Assembly (NCBI GenBank): GCA_001773215.1
Contig: MEWB01000001.1
Location: 5,964-69,963, forward strand
Length of the DNA stretch: 64,000 nucleotides
Source: a candidate division WWE3 bacterium RIFOXYC1_FULL_40_10
GTDB taxonomy: Bacteria; Patescibacteriota; WWE3; UBA101185; UBA10185
Reading direction: 5' to 3'
The notes below the pieces were generated by a model. It saw nothing but the letters and a program-made list of their open reading frames with translations. It was not told the origin of the DNA and did not search any database. This document shows, in pieces, positions 8,364 through 18,260 of the stretch. Each line of letters starts with the position of its first letter. The first letter of the stretch is position 1. The position numbers and the translations under genes are program-made.

Positions 8364-9355
8364 AAAAACGCATACTTACGGGAGATAATCCTACCGGCAA
8401 GCTACATTTGGGCCATTATGTAGGATCACTAAAAAACAGGATTCGTCTTCAGGATGAATATGAGACTTTTATCATAATCGCCGATTCACACGCTTTTGCT
8501 TATCCAAAGTACGTTGCCAGCCCGGAAATTGTAGCTGATGGTGTGCTTCAGGTAACCATGGATAACTTAGCAATTGGCCTGGATCCTACAAAGGTTACAT
8601 TTTTTGCCGAATCAGGTATTCCTGAAATTTACGAATTAGGATTTTTGCTCAGCATGCTTGTATCACATAATAGAGCACTTAGGAATCCAACACTAAAAGA
8701 AGAAATAAAAGATAAAAATATGGGAGATAATTACTCCCTTGGCTTTGTGAACTTTCCAATAATGCAAGCCGCAGATATTTTGTGTGTTAACGCACATCTA
8801 GTTCCGGTTGGTGAGGACCAGCTTCCACATGTTGAGCTCACTCGGGAAGTTGCCCGCAAGTTCAATTCCACCTATGGTGAGGTGTTTGTAGAGCCCGAAG
8901 GCTTAGTTGGCGAGGTTAAGCGATTGGTTGGCACCGACGGTAATGCCAAAATGACAAAATCTCTTGGTAACACAATTTTTTTGAGTGAGACCGAAGCAGA
9001 ACTGAAAAGAAAAATATCAAGCATGTATACCGACCCCAGCCGTATCCATCCTACAGATCCCGGCAGAGTAGAAGGCAACCCGGTTTTTATCTATCATGAT
9101 GCTTTTAATTCGAATAGAGAAGAAGTTGAAGATTTAAAAGGCAGGTACAAAACTGGAAAAGTGGGGGATGTGGAAGTGAAAGACAAGCTTTTTAAGGTGT
9201 TAAACGAGTTGATTGCACCTATCCGCGAAAAGCGAGCTTATTATGAAGCTCATCAGGATGAGGTAAAAGAAATAATCGCACATGGCACTGCCAAAACCCG
9301 CGCGGAAACCCAGAAAACCCTAAACAGTGTACTAGAGAAGATTCAATTAAGATAG
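8357..9355 (+). CDS. trpS: tryptophan--tRNA ligase
   Basis: GDNPTGKLHLGHY (HIGH-like) and KMTKSLGN (KMSKS) motifs. About 330 aa, class I TrpRS size. Start set at ATG 8357 (the ORF opens at 8333). Confidence 0.85.
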   Translation: MTKKRILTGDNPTGKLHLGHYVGSLKNRIRLQDEYETFIIIADSHAFAYPKYVASPEIVADGVLQVTMDNLAIGLDPTKVTFFAESGIPEIYELGFLLSMLVSHNRALRNPTLKEEIKDKNMGDNYSLGFVNFPIMQAADILCVNAHLVPVGEDQLPHVELTREVARKFNSTYGEVFVEPEGLVGEVKRLVGTDGNAKMTKSLGNTIFLSETEAELKRKISSMYTDPSRIHPTDPGRVEGNPVFIYHDAFNSNREEVEDLKGRYKTGKVGDVEVKDKLFKVLNELIAPIREKRAYYEAHQDEVKEIIAHGTAKTRAETQKTLNSVLEKIQLR

Positions 9356-9359
9356 GTTT

Positions 9360-10226
9360 TTAAAAAATTGAGGCAACGATCTCTCTATCATCCGGATCTA
9401 CCTTTTCGCGTTCCAGTTTAGCCAGTTTTTCCATTTCCATAGCGGCCTCTTTTATCTTTGGGCCAAGATGTAATCGATCACCGCTTCGAGTTATATCAAA
9501 GCGTATTATTGTAGTTGTGGCATCGTAGCTGTAAAAATCTGATGGGAGGTTTCGCTGCTTAGGATCGCTATAATCTCTATCCAAATGTGTGAACACAGCC
9601 GAAGTTAGTCCTTCCTTAGCCCTTTCTAAGGCACTATGCAGTTCGTCTGGATTATATTTATTAAGTGGGGGGTTATTATAAGAGTCAAGTTTTTTATCAG
9701 AGAAATAGTCGCTTCTTGGAGCAGACACAAGCAGGTAAGTTCCTTCTGGGCTTAATAAAACCCTGGCCCTATAGAAGGGCTTACTGGGTCTGCCATCCGC
9801 TTGAACATATCCTTTTTCGTCGACAGCGCTCATCCCGTGATCATGTACGAAACCGTTTATCTCAATAGGAGTTTTCGACTTGTACCAATCCTTGCCATCT
9901 GCATCGACATACTTTTCGAATAAGTAGGGAGCGTGTTCTAAGAATGCCTCATTAATTGCCTCAAATTTCCTGTGTGTTTCGTCTAAACCAGTTTCATGCT
10001 GCTTTAGTAACTCAGTTTCTCTGGCCAATCCTGCTTTCATCCCTTGATATTGCATGGTATTAGCAATGTCGTGAGCTACTTCAGGGTCCTTTACCCACCC
10101 TGCTGGTAGTGGGACTATTGTTGCCACCTTGCTTTTTCCCTCATCCACCCAGTTGCCAATTTGCATACATTCACCTTCTTGAGTATAAAAATCTGGGTTT
10201 GGTTTTTCTTTGGTTTCATTGGGCAT
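9360..10226 (-). CDS. hypothetical protein
   Basis: 288-aa ORF, no recognised domain. Confidence 0.5.
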   Translation of the reverse strand: MPNETKEKPNPDFYTQEGECMQIGNWVDEGKSKVATIVPLPAGWVKDPEVAHDIANTMQYQGMKAGLARETELLKQHETGLDETHRKFEAINEAFLEHAPYLFEKYVDADGKDWYKSKTPIEINGFVHDHGMSAVDEKGYVQADGRPSKPFYRARVLLSPEGTYLLVSAPRSDYFSDKKLDSYNNPPLNKYNPDELHSALERAKEGLTSAVFTHLDRDYSDPKQRNLPSDFYSYDATTTIIRFDITRSGDRLHLGPKIKEAAMEMEKLAKLEREKVDPDDREIVASIF

Positions 10227-10316
10227 TAATAATTATCGTAATATTTCCTATTAATTGTCAACAAGGGTGAGACCTAGCTACTGGGTGAGATCCTTAATGG
10301 TATAATTTGCTACGTT

Positions 10317-12164
10317 ATGCCTAAGAAACCTATAAAACCTAAAAATATGTTATATATGGGCGGAAGACCAAGCAAAAACATATTTAATAATATTTTCTTC
10401 TACATATTTATCGCATTGGCAATTTATATACTTGTTACCTCAGTTGGAAACGGTTTGGCCACCTCAGGAGAGCAGATCCCTGTTGGGCAATTTATAAAAT
10501 TGCTAAGAGAACAAAAAGTTCAAAATGTAACCATAGCCGGAGACCGTGCCGAGATACTATTAAAAGACGGTACCAAGCTTGTTACAGAAAAAGAGAGTTC
10601 CATAAGTTTTGATGACATATTTAAAAACAATCAGATTGATACCGCAGTAATTGAAGGCGAGCTAAAAGTAGAGCACAGAATCGGCTGGGAAGATGTGTTG
10701 TCTCCTTTGCTTATGTTCGGATTCCCTATTTTACTTTTGTTATTTCTATTTAGACAAATGAAAGGCGCAAGCGGGGATATTATGTCTTTTGGAAAATCGC
10801 GAGCTAAAGTATTTAACAAAAAATTAAGCTCCCAGATAACTTTTAAAGATATAGCAGGTAACGACGAAGCCAAACAAGACATGATGGAAATTGTCGACTT
10901 TTTAAAACAGCCCAAAAAGTATCGAAAACTTGGAGCACGTACACCAAAAGGGGTTTTACTGGTCGGACCTTCGGGAGTTGGAAAAACTCTACTTGCAAAA
11001 GCTATTGCCGGTGAGGCAGGAGTACCGTTTTTTAGCGTAGCCGGAAGTGAGTTTATGGAAATGCTGGTTGGGGTTGGTTCTTCGCGAGTGAGAGATCTTT
11101 TTAATAACGCTAGGCAAAGCCAACCTTCCCTAATATTTATCGATGAAATTGATGCAATTGGCCGCCAACGAGGAATGGGAATTGGCGGGGGGCATGATGA
11201 GCGTGAGCAAACGTTAAACCAAATCTTAATCGAAATGGACGGTTTTGATACTCGTACCGATGTTATCGTAATTGCAGCAACCAACCGACCCGATATGCTA
11301 GACCCGGCTTTGGTGCGCCCGGGGCGCTTTGATAGAAAAATAAATATCCCTTTGCCGGATTTAAAAGCCAGAGAAGAGATAATAAAAATTCATATGAGAG
11401 GCAAGCCGTTTGTGGAAGGGGTAGATGTTGTAAGGATTGCTAGAAAAACGGTTGGATTTAGCGGTGCAGATATTGAAAACATGATTAACGAGGCCGCTAT
11501 AAAAGCGGCGAGAGAAGACCGAGATAAAGTTAATGCTGCGGATGTAGACGAAGCTTCGTTAAAAGTAACAATGGGGTCGGAGAGAAAAACTTTACAAACC
11601 GAAGAAGAACGCCAAATGACAGCTTATCATGAGGCAGGGCATGCTTTAGTGGCGGCAACGGTTCCCGATATGGATCCGGTACAAAGAGTTTCGATTGTAG
11701 CTCGTGGTGGCTCATTAGGTCACACAAGTATTTCACCTGATAGAGATAGATATAACGAGACAAAAACCCGATTACTATCAACTATCGCTACTATGTTAGG
11801 CGGACGCGCGGCTGAGGAAGTTGTATATCACGAGCAAACGGTTGGCGCGGGTGACGACATAAAAAAAGCTACGTCACTGGCACGACGCATGGTTACTGAA
11901 TTTGGCATGAGCGACCTTGGTCCTATCATGTATGATACCCGAGAGGACTCTATTTGGCTTGCCCGTGAGCTTGGAGAAGCCCATAGATTAAGCGAGAAGA
12001 CGTCAGCGCAGGTTGATGATAAAGTGAAAGAGATTGTTGATTCATGCTACGCCGGGGCCAAGAGTGTTTTAGAAGATAAACGAAAAACTTTAGACAGAAT
12101 TGCCAAAGCTTTGATGGAAAAAGAAACCATTGATCAGGACGAATTTGAAAAACTGATTAAATAA
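10317..12164 (+). CDS. ftsH: ATP-dependent zinc metalloprotease FtsH
   Basis: N-terminal TM, Walker [15 protein letters not shown] region, HEAGHAL zinc-binding motif. 615 aa. Confidence 0.9.
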   Translation: MPKKPIKPKNMLYMGGRPSKNIFNNIFFYIFIALAIYILVTSVGNGLATSGEQIPVGQFIKLLREQKVQNVTIAGDRAEILLKDGTKLVTEKESSISFDDIFKNNQIDTAVIEGELKVEHRIGWEDVLSPLLMFGFPILLLLFLFRQMKGASGDIMSFGKSRAKVFNKKLSSQITFKDIAGNDEAKQDMMEIVDFLKQPKKYRKLGARTPKGVLLVGPSGVGKTLLAKAIAGEAGVPFFSVAGSEFMEMLVGVGSSRVRDLFNNARQSQPSLIFIDEIDAIGRQRGMGIGGGHDEREQTLNQILIEMDGFDTRTDVIVIAATNRPDMLDPALVRPGRFDRKINIPLPDLKAREEIIKIHMRGKPFVEGVDVVRIARKTVGFSGADIENMINEAAIKAAREDRDKVNAADVDEASLKVTMGSERKTLQTEEERQMTAYHEAGHALVAATVPDMDPVQRVSIVARGGSLGHTSISPDRDRYNETKTRLLSTIATMLGGRAAEEVVYHEQTVGAGDDIKKATSLARRMVTEFGMSDLGPIMYDTREDSIWLARELGEAHRLSEKTSAQVDDKVKEIVDSCYAGAKSVLEDKRKTLDRIAKALMEKETIDQDEFEKLIK

Positions 12165-12209
12165 GGATAAAATCCCGCTAGATAAATAATATACGTACCG
12201 GAGGGTGAG

Positions 12210-12611
12210 ATGAACGACAAAACAAGAAGGTTGTATTTCAACGTCGTGGGTGTTTTGTGGCTAGCAGTATTGGATTTCGGGGTCCTCATAATTTACCGTG
12301 AGGTTTGGGTGTTTATCTACACACTTGTGATGTTTGCTATTTCTTTCCTGGCGGTCTGGGCCTACAGCATTACCAGTATTTTATGGTGCAGACATTTCGG
12401 CGAGGACAACGCTCAGATCTACATAGTTTTTCTGATTTATCCTATAACGCTATTTGTTAACGCCCTTTTTCTTAAACTGCTCGGAAGCTCTTGGGAAAGC
12501 GCGCTGATGTGGTCTATTGCGATATCTATTGTGCAATGGGGATACAGACTTATTTTTGCAAAGTCGCTAGATGAAAAACTTGAACCAGTTTTGACGAGGA
12601 GGAAGCGATGA
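12210..12611 (+). CDS. hypothetical membrane protein
   Basis: 133-aa ORF with 4 hydrophobic helices. RBS GGAGGGTGAGATG. Confidence 0.5.
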   Translation: MNDKTRRLYFNVVGVLWLAVLDFGVLIIYREVWVFIYTLVMFAISFLAVWAYSITSILWCRHFGEDNAQIYIVFLIYPITLFVNALFLKLLGSSWESALMWSIAISIVQWGYRLIFAKSLDEKLEPVLTRRKR

Positions 12612-12910
12612 TATTTGCATATGTACCAAGATTATCCAGGCATGTGTCTCAGGTTGAAGTGTTAGTTAAAGTTGTGCCGACCCTTGTGGAATCAAATATA
12701 CCGGGAGATTTAAGGCTGGTGTTATACATTAGTAAAACGCTGACGGGATTAACAAGCCTTTTCCTGGAGGAAGCACTCGTAAGGGCCAGAATCTCATATC
12801 GTGTGCGTAGAGATAGAGACGCTACAACGCGTTATATTTTTAGTGAGGGTGTTACAGCAAAGGAAGTAATAGTTATCTTGTTTGATGTAAAAAACCCATA
12901 TGCTCGGTGA
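12608..12910 (+). CDS. hypothetical protein (overlapping-start operon member)
   Basis: 100-aa ORF. ATGA overlap with the preceding stop. Confidence 0.4.
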   Translation: MIFAYVPRLSRHVSQVEVLVKVVPTLVESNIPGDLRLVLYISKTLTGLTSLFLEEALVRARISYRVRRDRDATTRYIFSEGVTAKEVIVILFDVKNPYAR

Positions 12911-13200
12911 GAAGACGATTGGAGGAAACTATGAGTAACAAGCAAAAGCAGGTAATTTCCGGTTTTGTCGTGTTCGTTTGTTTGGTGTGTGGACCTATTT
13001 TCGGTTTAATTGTCAACAATTTTTCCCGAATGAACTGCGAGGTTCCATCGGGATTATGGCTTAACGCCGATAAATGTATCGAAATGGCTGATAAAATGCG
13101 CCTTTGGTACGCAGCCGGAGCCACAGGTTTCTGTTGCTTTGGTGGGTTTATGGTTCTGCTCGTTTTTTGGATACTCTTGAGCGGAAAAACTCGGTCATAG
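12907..13200 (+). CDS. hypothetical membrane protein
   Basis: 97-aa ORF with an overlap start and 2 hydrophobic helices. Confidence 0.45.
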   Translation: MRRRLEETMSNKQKQVISGFVVFVCLVCGPIFGLIVNNFSRMNCEVPSGLWLNADKCIEMADKMRLWYAAGATGFCCFGGFMVLLVFWILLSGKTRS

Positions 13201-13212
13201 GTGAGATCTGAC

Positions 13213-13248
13213 CCCGGTAAGCTAATTGCTCAACCGGGGTTTTTTTTG
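13213..13248 (+). terminator. rho-independent terminator
   Basis: CCCCGG...CCGGGG stem plus a T9 run after the small-ORF operon. Confidence 0.7.
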
Positions 13249-13268
13249 TGTACAATAGCTATACCTAT

Positions 13269-14048
13269 ATGAGAAACAATCAAAGCAAGTTACAACACAA
13301 TCCGAAATCTCTGATATTAGAAAAGGGATATATAAACATTTACTCAGAATTAAACTCCAAAGAAAAATTACAAATTCAGAAGAAAATTATACATAAACAA
13401 AAACATCCTGAATGGGAAGAAACTATGGTTTTTATTACTAATAAATTCGCGGAGCTTGTTCCTCAAGATTCTGTAGTTCTGGATGCAGGCTGCGGTAATG
13501 GTAACTACGTTATAGATGAAAATCGAGAGCGAATAAAATGGGCAGTAGGCGTAGATGTTATGCAAGAATCGGTTGTGAAAAACATTTGCTTAGATGAAAT
13601 TAAAATAACCAATCTTGAAACACTGCCTTTTGAGAATAGCTCCTTTGACGCAGTAGTTAGCTTGTGGGTGTTTGAGCATTTAGAACGTCCCCAAAAAGTA
13701 GTTTCCGAAATACATCGAGTGCTAAAGCCAGGCGGGTATTTTTTTATGTGTACACCGAACAAAAGTTTTCTTCCCATTGCCGTGTTGCGCATTCTAAAGA
13801 GTCGTGGTGTAAATTACTTTTTGAACAAGATGTTGTTTGGTAGAGAAGAAAAAGACGTTTTTGAAACCTATTATAGAGCCAATACTTTGAGCGATATCAA
13901 AAAGCTGGTTAATGACGGTTTCACATTGGAGACACTGAAGTTAAATTACGATCCTTCCTATTTTATTCCAAATATAGGAGCAGCTCCTACGTTGCCACAT
14001 ATACTGGGAATTTGGCGTTGCCACAAACCTTTGGCGGGAGAGGTCTAG
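13269..14048 (+). CDS. class I SAM-dependent methyltransferase (type 11)
   Basis: Motif I VLDAGCGNGNY. Post-II and motif III (LKPGGYFF) present. Confidence 0.75.
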   Translation: MRNNQSKLQHNPKSLILEKGYINIYSELNSKEKLQIQKKIIHKQKHPEWEETMVFITNKFAELVPQDSVVLDAGCGNGNYVIDENRERIKWAVGVDVMQESVVKNICLDEIKITNLETLPFENSSFDAVVSLWVFEHLERPQKVVSEIHRVLKPGGYFFMCTPNKSFLPIAVLRILKSRGVNYFLNKMLFGREEKDVFETYYRANTLSDIKKLVNDGFTLETLKLNYDPSYFIPNIGAAPTLPHILGIWRCHKPLAGEV

Positions 14049-14065
14049 TGTTGGAGCTGCTCTAG
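14045..14065. repeat. copy of the GGAGCTGCTCTAG-containing 28-bp repeat family (partial)
   Basis: CTAGTGTTGGAGCTGCTCTAG matches 36917..36937 with 1 mismatch. Confidence 0.6.
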
Positions 14066-14133
14066 AAAGTGACGTAACCTATAGATGGTGATATAATCCG
14101 GATAACAAACCCCTCAATAAGTAAGGAGCTAAT

Positions 14134-14394
14134 ATGGCGTCTGTCATGGTAGCAAGGTCTGTGGAAGAAGTCTCCCGCAGGCAGATACATATCGTAAGGA
14201 AGTTCGCCGAATTGTGTGTATTTATACCAGATACAATTCCAGAAGATACAGTGCGGTCGACATGTGAGCGCATTAGAAAAGAGCTTCACACCGAAAGGAT
14301 TGAATACCAAAAGGTTGGCTTTTTCTGGACGTTTACTCTAGGTATACGGCCTGAAGCAATCCCTACGGTTAGAATTATTCTTCAAGAAATTTAG
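14134..14394 (+). CDS. hypothetical protein (weak call)
   Basis: 86-aa ORF with RBS AGGAGCTAATATG, no homology recognised. Confidence 0.35.
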   Translation: MASVMVARSVEEVSRRQIHIVRKFAELCVFIPDTIPEDTVRSTCERIRKELHTERIEYQKVGFFWTFTLGIRPEAIPTVRIILQEI

Positions 14395-14442
14395 TGCAGT
14401 CAAGGTCGAATCGAGCATAGGTTCGGCCTTATTTCCACAAGC

Positions 14443-14471
14443 TTGACAAAGGCTATAGGACCTGGTATACT
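14443..14471 (+). promoter_or_regulatory. sigma70-type promoter TTGACA-N17-TATACT
   Basis: Perfect -35 hexamer, 17-nt spacer, near-consensus -10. Lies more than 230 nt upstream of the next start codon. Confidence 0.6.
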
Positions 14472-14595
14472 GCTTCCAGTACTTTGAAAACCTAATAGTA
14501 GAAACCAATAACGCCTTGTCTATGGACGAGCACTTCAGGAATGGTCTTATTACTTTAATAAGCCCGAAGTAGCTGTGAATTCATAGAATTTATAA

Positions 14596-14623
14596 CCGGC
14601 CAGGAACTTGCCGGTTTTATTTG
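14596..14623 (+). terminator. terminator/attenuator hairpin 1 (CCGGC-N9-GCCGG + TTTTATTT)
   Basis: GC stem with a U-tract inside the leader of the 14707 gene. Confidence 0.55.
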
Positions 14624-14661
14624 TTTATGGGGCGTTTTTTCTATTTCTAAATATATTCAAC

Positions 14662-14685
14662 CCGGCAACCAAGCCGGTTTTTTTA
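14662..14685 (+). terminator. terminator/attenuator hairpin 2 (CCGGC-N6-GCCGG + T8)
   Basis: Second, similar hairpin 20 nt upstream of the RBS of the 14707 gene. Confidence 0.55.
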
Positions 14686-14706
14686 TACCCAAAAAAGGAG
14701 ATTAAG

Positions 14707-14934
14707 ATGGACAGGAGGAGACTAAGAGATATAACAGGGCAATTTACTGGGTTGGGCCTCGTATTTTGGGCGTGCATGATGGTTGGGCTAATAACTCTTT
14801 TGATTGCTATGGTAATTGGGGTAAAGTCAGAGGTTTGGCAGGCGGTTGCGTTCTTTGTTGGTTTTTGTGGATTGGTTCCCGGAATTGTGTTGGGGGTCAT
14901 AATTTCTTACAAGATTCACGATCGTAATCACTAA
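14707..14934 (+). CDS. small hypothetical membrane protein
   Basis: 76 aa from the ATG with RBS AAGGAG-6nt. 2 hydrophobic helices. Confidence 0.55.
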   Translation: MDRRRLRDITGQFTGLGLVFWACMMVGLITLLIAMVIGVKSEVWQAVAFFVGFCGLVPGIVLGVIISYKIHDRNH

Positions 14935-14957
14935 AGACAAGAAAAAAGGAGAGAAAG

Positions 14958-15344
14958 ATGAAAGCTATTCGTGGGATCATTTTTGTATCGTTTCTGGTGA
15001 TGGCGGGAGTAATGATCATGTGGTCGCTCATGTCGAGCGAGGATTTCAGCAACTTGGCCAGAAAACTTGGGTCTTTTGGATGCGCCATTGTTTTCTCGGG
15101 TATGATTACCCTCCCCATAGTAGCTGGGTTTGCCCGGATTTTTAAGGACTCCCCGCTATTAGCTGTGATGTTGATAGCTGTGTGGATTCTTGCTCTAATC
15201 GGCATAATGGCATCCACCCTGCCCTCTGTTATAGAAGCCCTGAAGTTAACACCTGGCGAAAGTGATTGGATGTTTCCAGGGATAATCCTTGGAGTATGTT
15301 TTTCTGGGGTAGGCCAGATGATAAAGCTGTATCGGTTACTCTGA
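14958..15344 (+). CDS. hypothetical membrane protein
   Basis: 128 aa, 4 hydrophobic helices, RBS AAGGAGAGAAAGATG. Confidence 0.55.
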   Translation: MKAIRGIIFVSFLVMAGVMIMWSLMSSEDFSNLARKLGSFGCAIVFSGMITLPIVAGFARIFKDSPLLAVMLIAVWILALIGIMASTLPSVIEALKLTPGESDWMFPGIILGVCFSGVGQMIKLYRLL

Positions 15345-15415
15345 CAACTTAGTATTTAGCTGGGTTTTGGCGAATTTTCACCAATACCCAGCTTTTTTTG
15401 TTGTAGAATGTATCA

Positions 15416-16336
15416 ATGGAAAAACTATTACTGATAGATACATTTAACTTTTTGCATCGCGCTTACCATGCGCTGCCAAAAACCTTTAAAGCCATTAATG
15501 GAGAACCCACCAACGCTGTTTATGGAGTTACTTCTATGTTAATCACTGCTTTTGCCCAAATTAAGCCAAACTATGTTGTGGCGGCTTTTGAAAGCCGAAC
15601 ACCAACTGCGCGTGTGATTGATTACACAAGCTATAAAGCACATCGAAAGCCCATGGAAGATGATTTAAGTGTTCAGATCCCCAAAGTAGAGGAAATAATG
15701 CAGGCCTTTGGTATAAAAATGATAAGTTTCGATGGATTTGAAGCAGATGATGTAATTGCCACTTTAGCAGTAAAGTACAAGGATGAGGTGGAGGTGATAA
15801 TAATATCGAATGATAGGGATTTGTGGCAACTGGTTTCTAACAATGTTTTGATAATGCTGCCCAATACTAAAGGTGATACCGAGTGGATTGGGCCTAAGGA
15901 AGCCGAGGCACGCATGGGATTTCCACCCAGCCTGATTGCCGACTATAAAGGTTTGCGTGGCGATCCAAGCGATAATTTGCCCGGGGTTTATGGTATAGGT
16001 GAAAAAACAGCTCAAAAACTTCTAACACAATTTGGTTCTTTTGATAATATTTATCTAAATCTGAAAAGTGTTGAGCCCTTCTCGTTACGGGAAAAGCTGG
16101 AAAATTGCTACGAACAGGCGGTAATGAGCAGAAATCTTGCCAAACTACATTACGATGTACCACTGGATGCTAAACTCGAAGACTGTAGGTATAAGGAGGT
16201 CAACAAGTTAAAGGTAAAAGAAATCTTAGAGAAGTATAATTTTAAGTCGTTGGTAAGACGAATGGGGTTTGAACCCAACCCGGATTCAAGGGAAAAGGCC
16301 CCACCGAAAATCGATAATCAGCTGCCCCTTATATGA
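15416..16336 (+). CDS. 5'-3' exonuclease (FEN-like; DNA polymerase I N-terminal domain homolog, stand-alone)
   Basis: N-terminal LLLIDTFNFLHRAYHALP, acidic metal-binding clusters, H3TH region GIGEKTAQKLL. No polymerase domain. 306 aa. Confidence 0.8.
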   Translation: MEKLLLIDTFNFLHRAYHALPKTFKAINGEPTNAVYGVTSMLITAFAQIKPNYVVAAFESRTPTARVIDYTSYKAHRKPMEDDLSVQIPKVEEIMQAFGIKMISFDGFEADDVIATLAVKYKDEVEVIIISNDRDLWQLVSNNVLIMLPNTKGDTEWIGPKEAEARMGFPPSLIADYKGLRGDPSDNLPGVYGIGEKTAQKLLTQFGSFDNIYLNLKSVEPFSLREKLENCYEQAVMSRNLAKLHYDVPLDAKLEDCRYKEVNKLKVKEILEKYNFKSLVRRMGFEPNPDSREKAPPKIDNQLPLI

Positions 16337-16980
16337 TAAAAATAAATGAAAACGCAGAAAAAATAGCCCAAATCTTCGTAAAAACTTATCCTAATCCCAA
16401 GTCAGAGCTGCTCTATTCAAATGAGTTCCAGTTTTTTGTTGCGGTTTGTCTTTCGGCGCAAACAACAGATAAGAAGGTAAATCAAGTTACAGAACATCTG
16501 TTTAAGAAGTATAAAGGCTGGGAGGATTTAGCAGGAGCAGCTCTAACGCTAGAGCAGCTCCGGAAAGATATCCATGGGGTAAATTTCCACATTGGGAAAG
16601 CAGAACGGTTAGTAAAGGCTTCTCAAATGGTTATTGCCGATTTCGGAGGTGAATTGCCTCATACCATGGCCCAGCTAGTAAGAATTCCCGGAGTAGCTAG
16701 AAAGACTGCCAATGTGCTGTTAAATGATTTGTGGGAAATCGCCGAAGGAATTGTGGTTGATACTCATGTTACTCGAGTGTCAACTAGGCTGGGATTGACT
16801 GAAGAAAAAGACGCTGTAAAAATTGAGCGAGACCTGATGCAAGTATTCGCCAAAAAATACTGGAGTAATTTATCCAATTCCATTGTGTTACACGGCAGAT
16901 ACGTGTGTATGGCCAAAAATCCAAAGTGCGCGGCGTGTGTTTTGAATAAGGTGTGCCCAAGTGCATTTTCCTTTGAATAG
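16333..16980 (+). CDS. nth: endonuclease III
   Basis: HhH-GPD (LVRIPGVARKTANVLL), catalytic Lys/Asp region, C-terminal 4Fe-4S Cys ladder CMAKNPKCAACVLNKVC. Confidence 0.85.
   Translation: MIKINENAEKIAQIFVKTYPNPKSELLYSNEFQFFVAVCLSAQTTDKKVNQVTEHLFKKYKGWEDLAGAALTLEQLRKDIHGVNFHIGKAERLVKASQMVIADFGGELPHTMAQLVRIPGVARKTANVLLNDLWEIAEGIVVDTHVTRVSTRLGLTEEKDAVKIERDLMQVFAKKYWSNLSNSIVLHGRYVCMAKNPKCAACVLNKVCPSAFSFE
16534..16561. repeat. 28-bp repeat family copy (reverse orientation) inside the nth coding sequence
   Basis: The reverse complement GGAGCTGCTCTAGCGTTAGAGCTGCTCC matches 36908..36935 at 26/28. Confidence 0.55.
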
Positions 16981-17027
16981 TGTTATATAATTAAACTCAG
17001 GTCTCCTAAAAACGCAAATTTTAGAAC

Positions 17028-17255
17028 GTGGAGGGTGCTATGTGCTTTCCTATTACTAGTTCGGGAAATGCCTCGGCGGTTTTGAACTATCTCTTGTGGT
17101 CTTGCGACATGGAAGAAGTAACCATAAAAGAGGTGATGGTTACTAGTCATCCGGGAAATCCTTGTTTGATAGACTTTTTGTTGTCTCTCGGCGATACGCA
17201 AGTTACGGTGGTGATAAGCTCTAAATCTACAGCGAGAGTTAAAATACTGTCCTAG
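17028..17255 (+). CDS. small hypothetical protein
   Basis: 75-aa ORF. A GGAGGG RBS precedes the internal ATG at 17040. Confidence 0.4.
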   Translation: MEGAMCFPITSSGNASAVLNYLLWSCDMEEVTIKEVMVTSHPGNPCLIDFLLSLGDTQVTVVISSKSTARVKILS

Positions 17256-17277
17256 TTGTTAAGGGGAACTATTTAGA

Positions 17278-18240
17278 TTAATTAAGTTCAATCTCGATGG
17301 TTCCCGTAACTTTTGTGTTTTCGTCGAAATATGTCCACACAGTGTTGTTTTGAATGTTTCCTGTTAACCTAAATTCATAAGCTTCGTTTGGTTTTATTAC
17401 AGTACCGTTGGTGAAGGAATCCACCAAGTAGTCATTTTGGCTTAATTTAACGTCCTTATCTGAACTGTTGGTAATTCTAACTAGTTGACCTTTTTTGGCA
17501 ATGGTATCTGCAGGTGTAAAAAAGGATCCTGAGAATGATATTTCTTTTATTTCAAAGCTTTCACTAGAACTAGTTTCTACAACTTGTGGAGTTTGTTCCA
17601 CAGTTTTCTTTTCGATAATTTCTCTCACAACCTGTTCCAAATTTCCCTCAACTTGGGTTCCGTTTATTATAAAAGTGGGAGTTCCCTTTATGTTAATACT
17701 GTTTCCAAATGCTATGTCATCATTCACTTCTTTCTCGATTGCACTATCCTTTATATCGGCATCAAGCTTGGCGCCATCAACACCTAGTTCCAGTGCCAGT
17801 GATTTTATCTTTTCTTTACTTAGGCTATCCTGATTTTCGAAAAGGAGTTCTGCAAACTCCCAAAACTTTCCCTGTCGATTAACAGCTTGAGCTGCGATTG
17901 CCGCGGAACGGGCATTTTTGTGTTGGGGGAGTGGATAATGTCGGTATGCAACTCTTAGATCTTGAGGATATTTTTGGATCAAGCGCTTAATTATTGGATG
18001 ATATGACGCACAGGCGGGGCATTCGAAATCCGATATTTCTATTAAGGTTACTATTGGGTCGGATGATCCTGTAACCGGGGAGTAAGCCGTAATAAGTTCA
18101 GACTCTGAAAGGGGAATAAGTTTAGTGCTACCTAAAGGGCTTTGGGATCTGGCAAGTAAAATAATTATAAAAAACGAGGCGGCTGTGAAAAGCCCTATGT
18201 AAAATATAGGTTTATTACGAACAAAGAAATCTTTTATCAT
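17278..18240 (-). CDS. DsbA-family thiol:disulfide oxidoreductase with C-terminal extension
   Basis: N-terminal TM, thioredoxin fold with CPAC active site (FECPACASYHP), plus an extra roughly 110-aa C-terminal beta-rich region. Confidence 0.7.
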   Translation of the reverse strand: MIKDFFVRNKPIFYIGLFTAASFFIIILLARSQSPLGSTKLIPLSESELITAYSPVTGSSDPIVTLIEISDFECPACASYHPIIKRLIQKYPQDLRVAYRHYPLPQHKNARSAAIAAQAVNRQGKFWEFAELLFENQDSLSKEKIKSLALELGVDGAKLDADIKDSAIEKEVNDDIAFGNSINIKGTPTFIINGTQVEGNLEQVVREIIEKKTVEQTPQVVETSSSESFEIKEISFSGSFFTPADTIAKKGQLVRITNSSDKDVKLSQNDYLVDSFTNGTVIKPNEAYEFRLTGNIQNNTVWTYFDENTKVTGTIEIELN

Positions 18241-18260
18241 CGGGTAGATTCTATCGCTTT

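Noticed and set aside
14608-14934. Long form of the small membrane protein ORF starting at 14608
   Set aside because: The upstream part spans two terminator hairpins and begins with a non-ATG codon. The ATG at 14707 has a canonical AAGGAG RBS.
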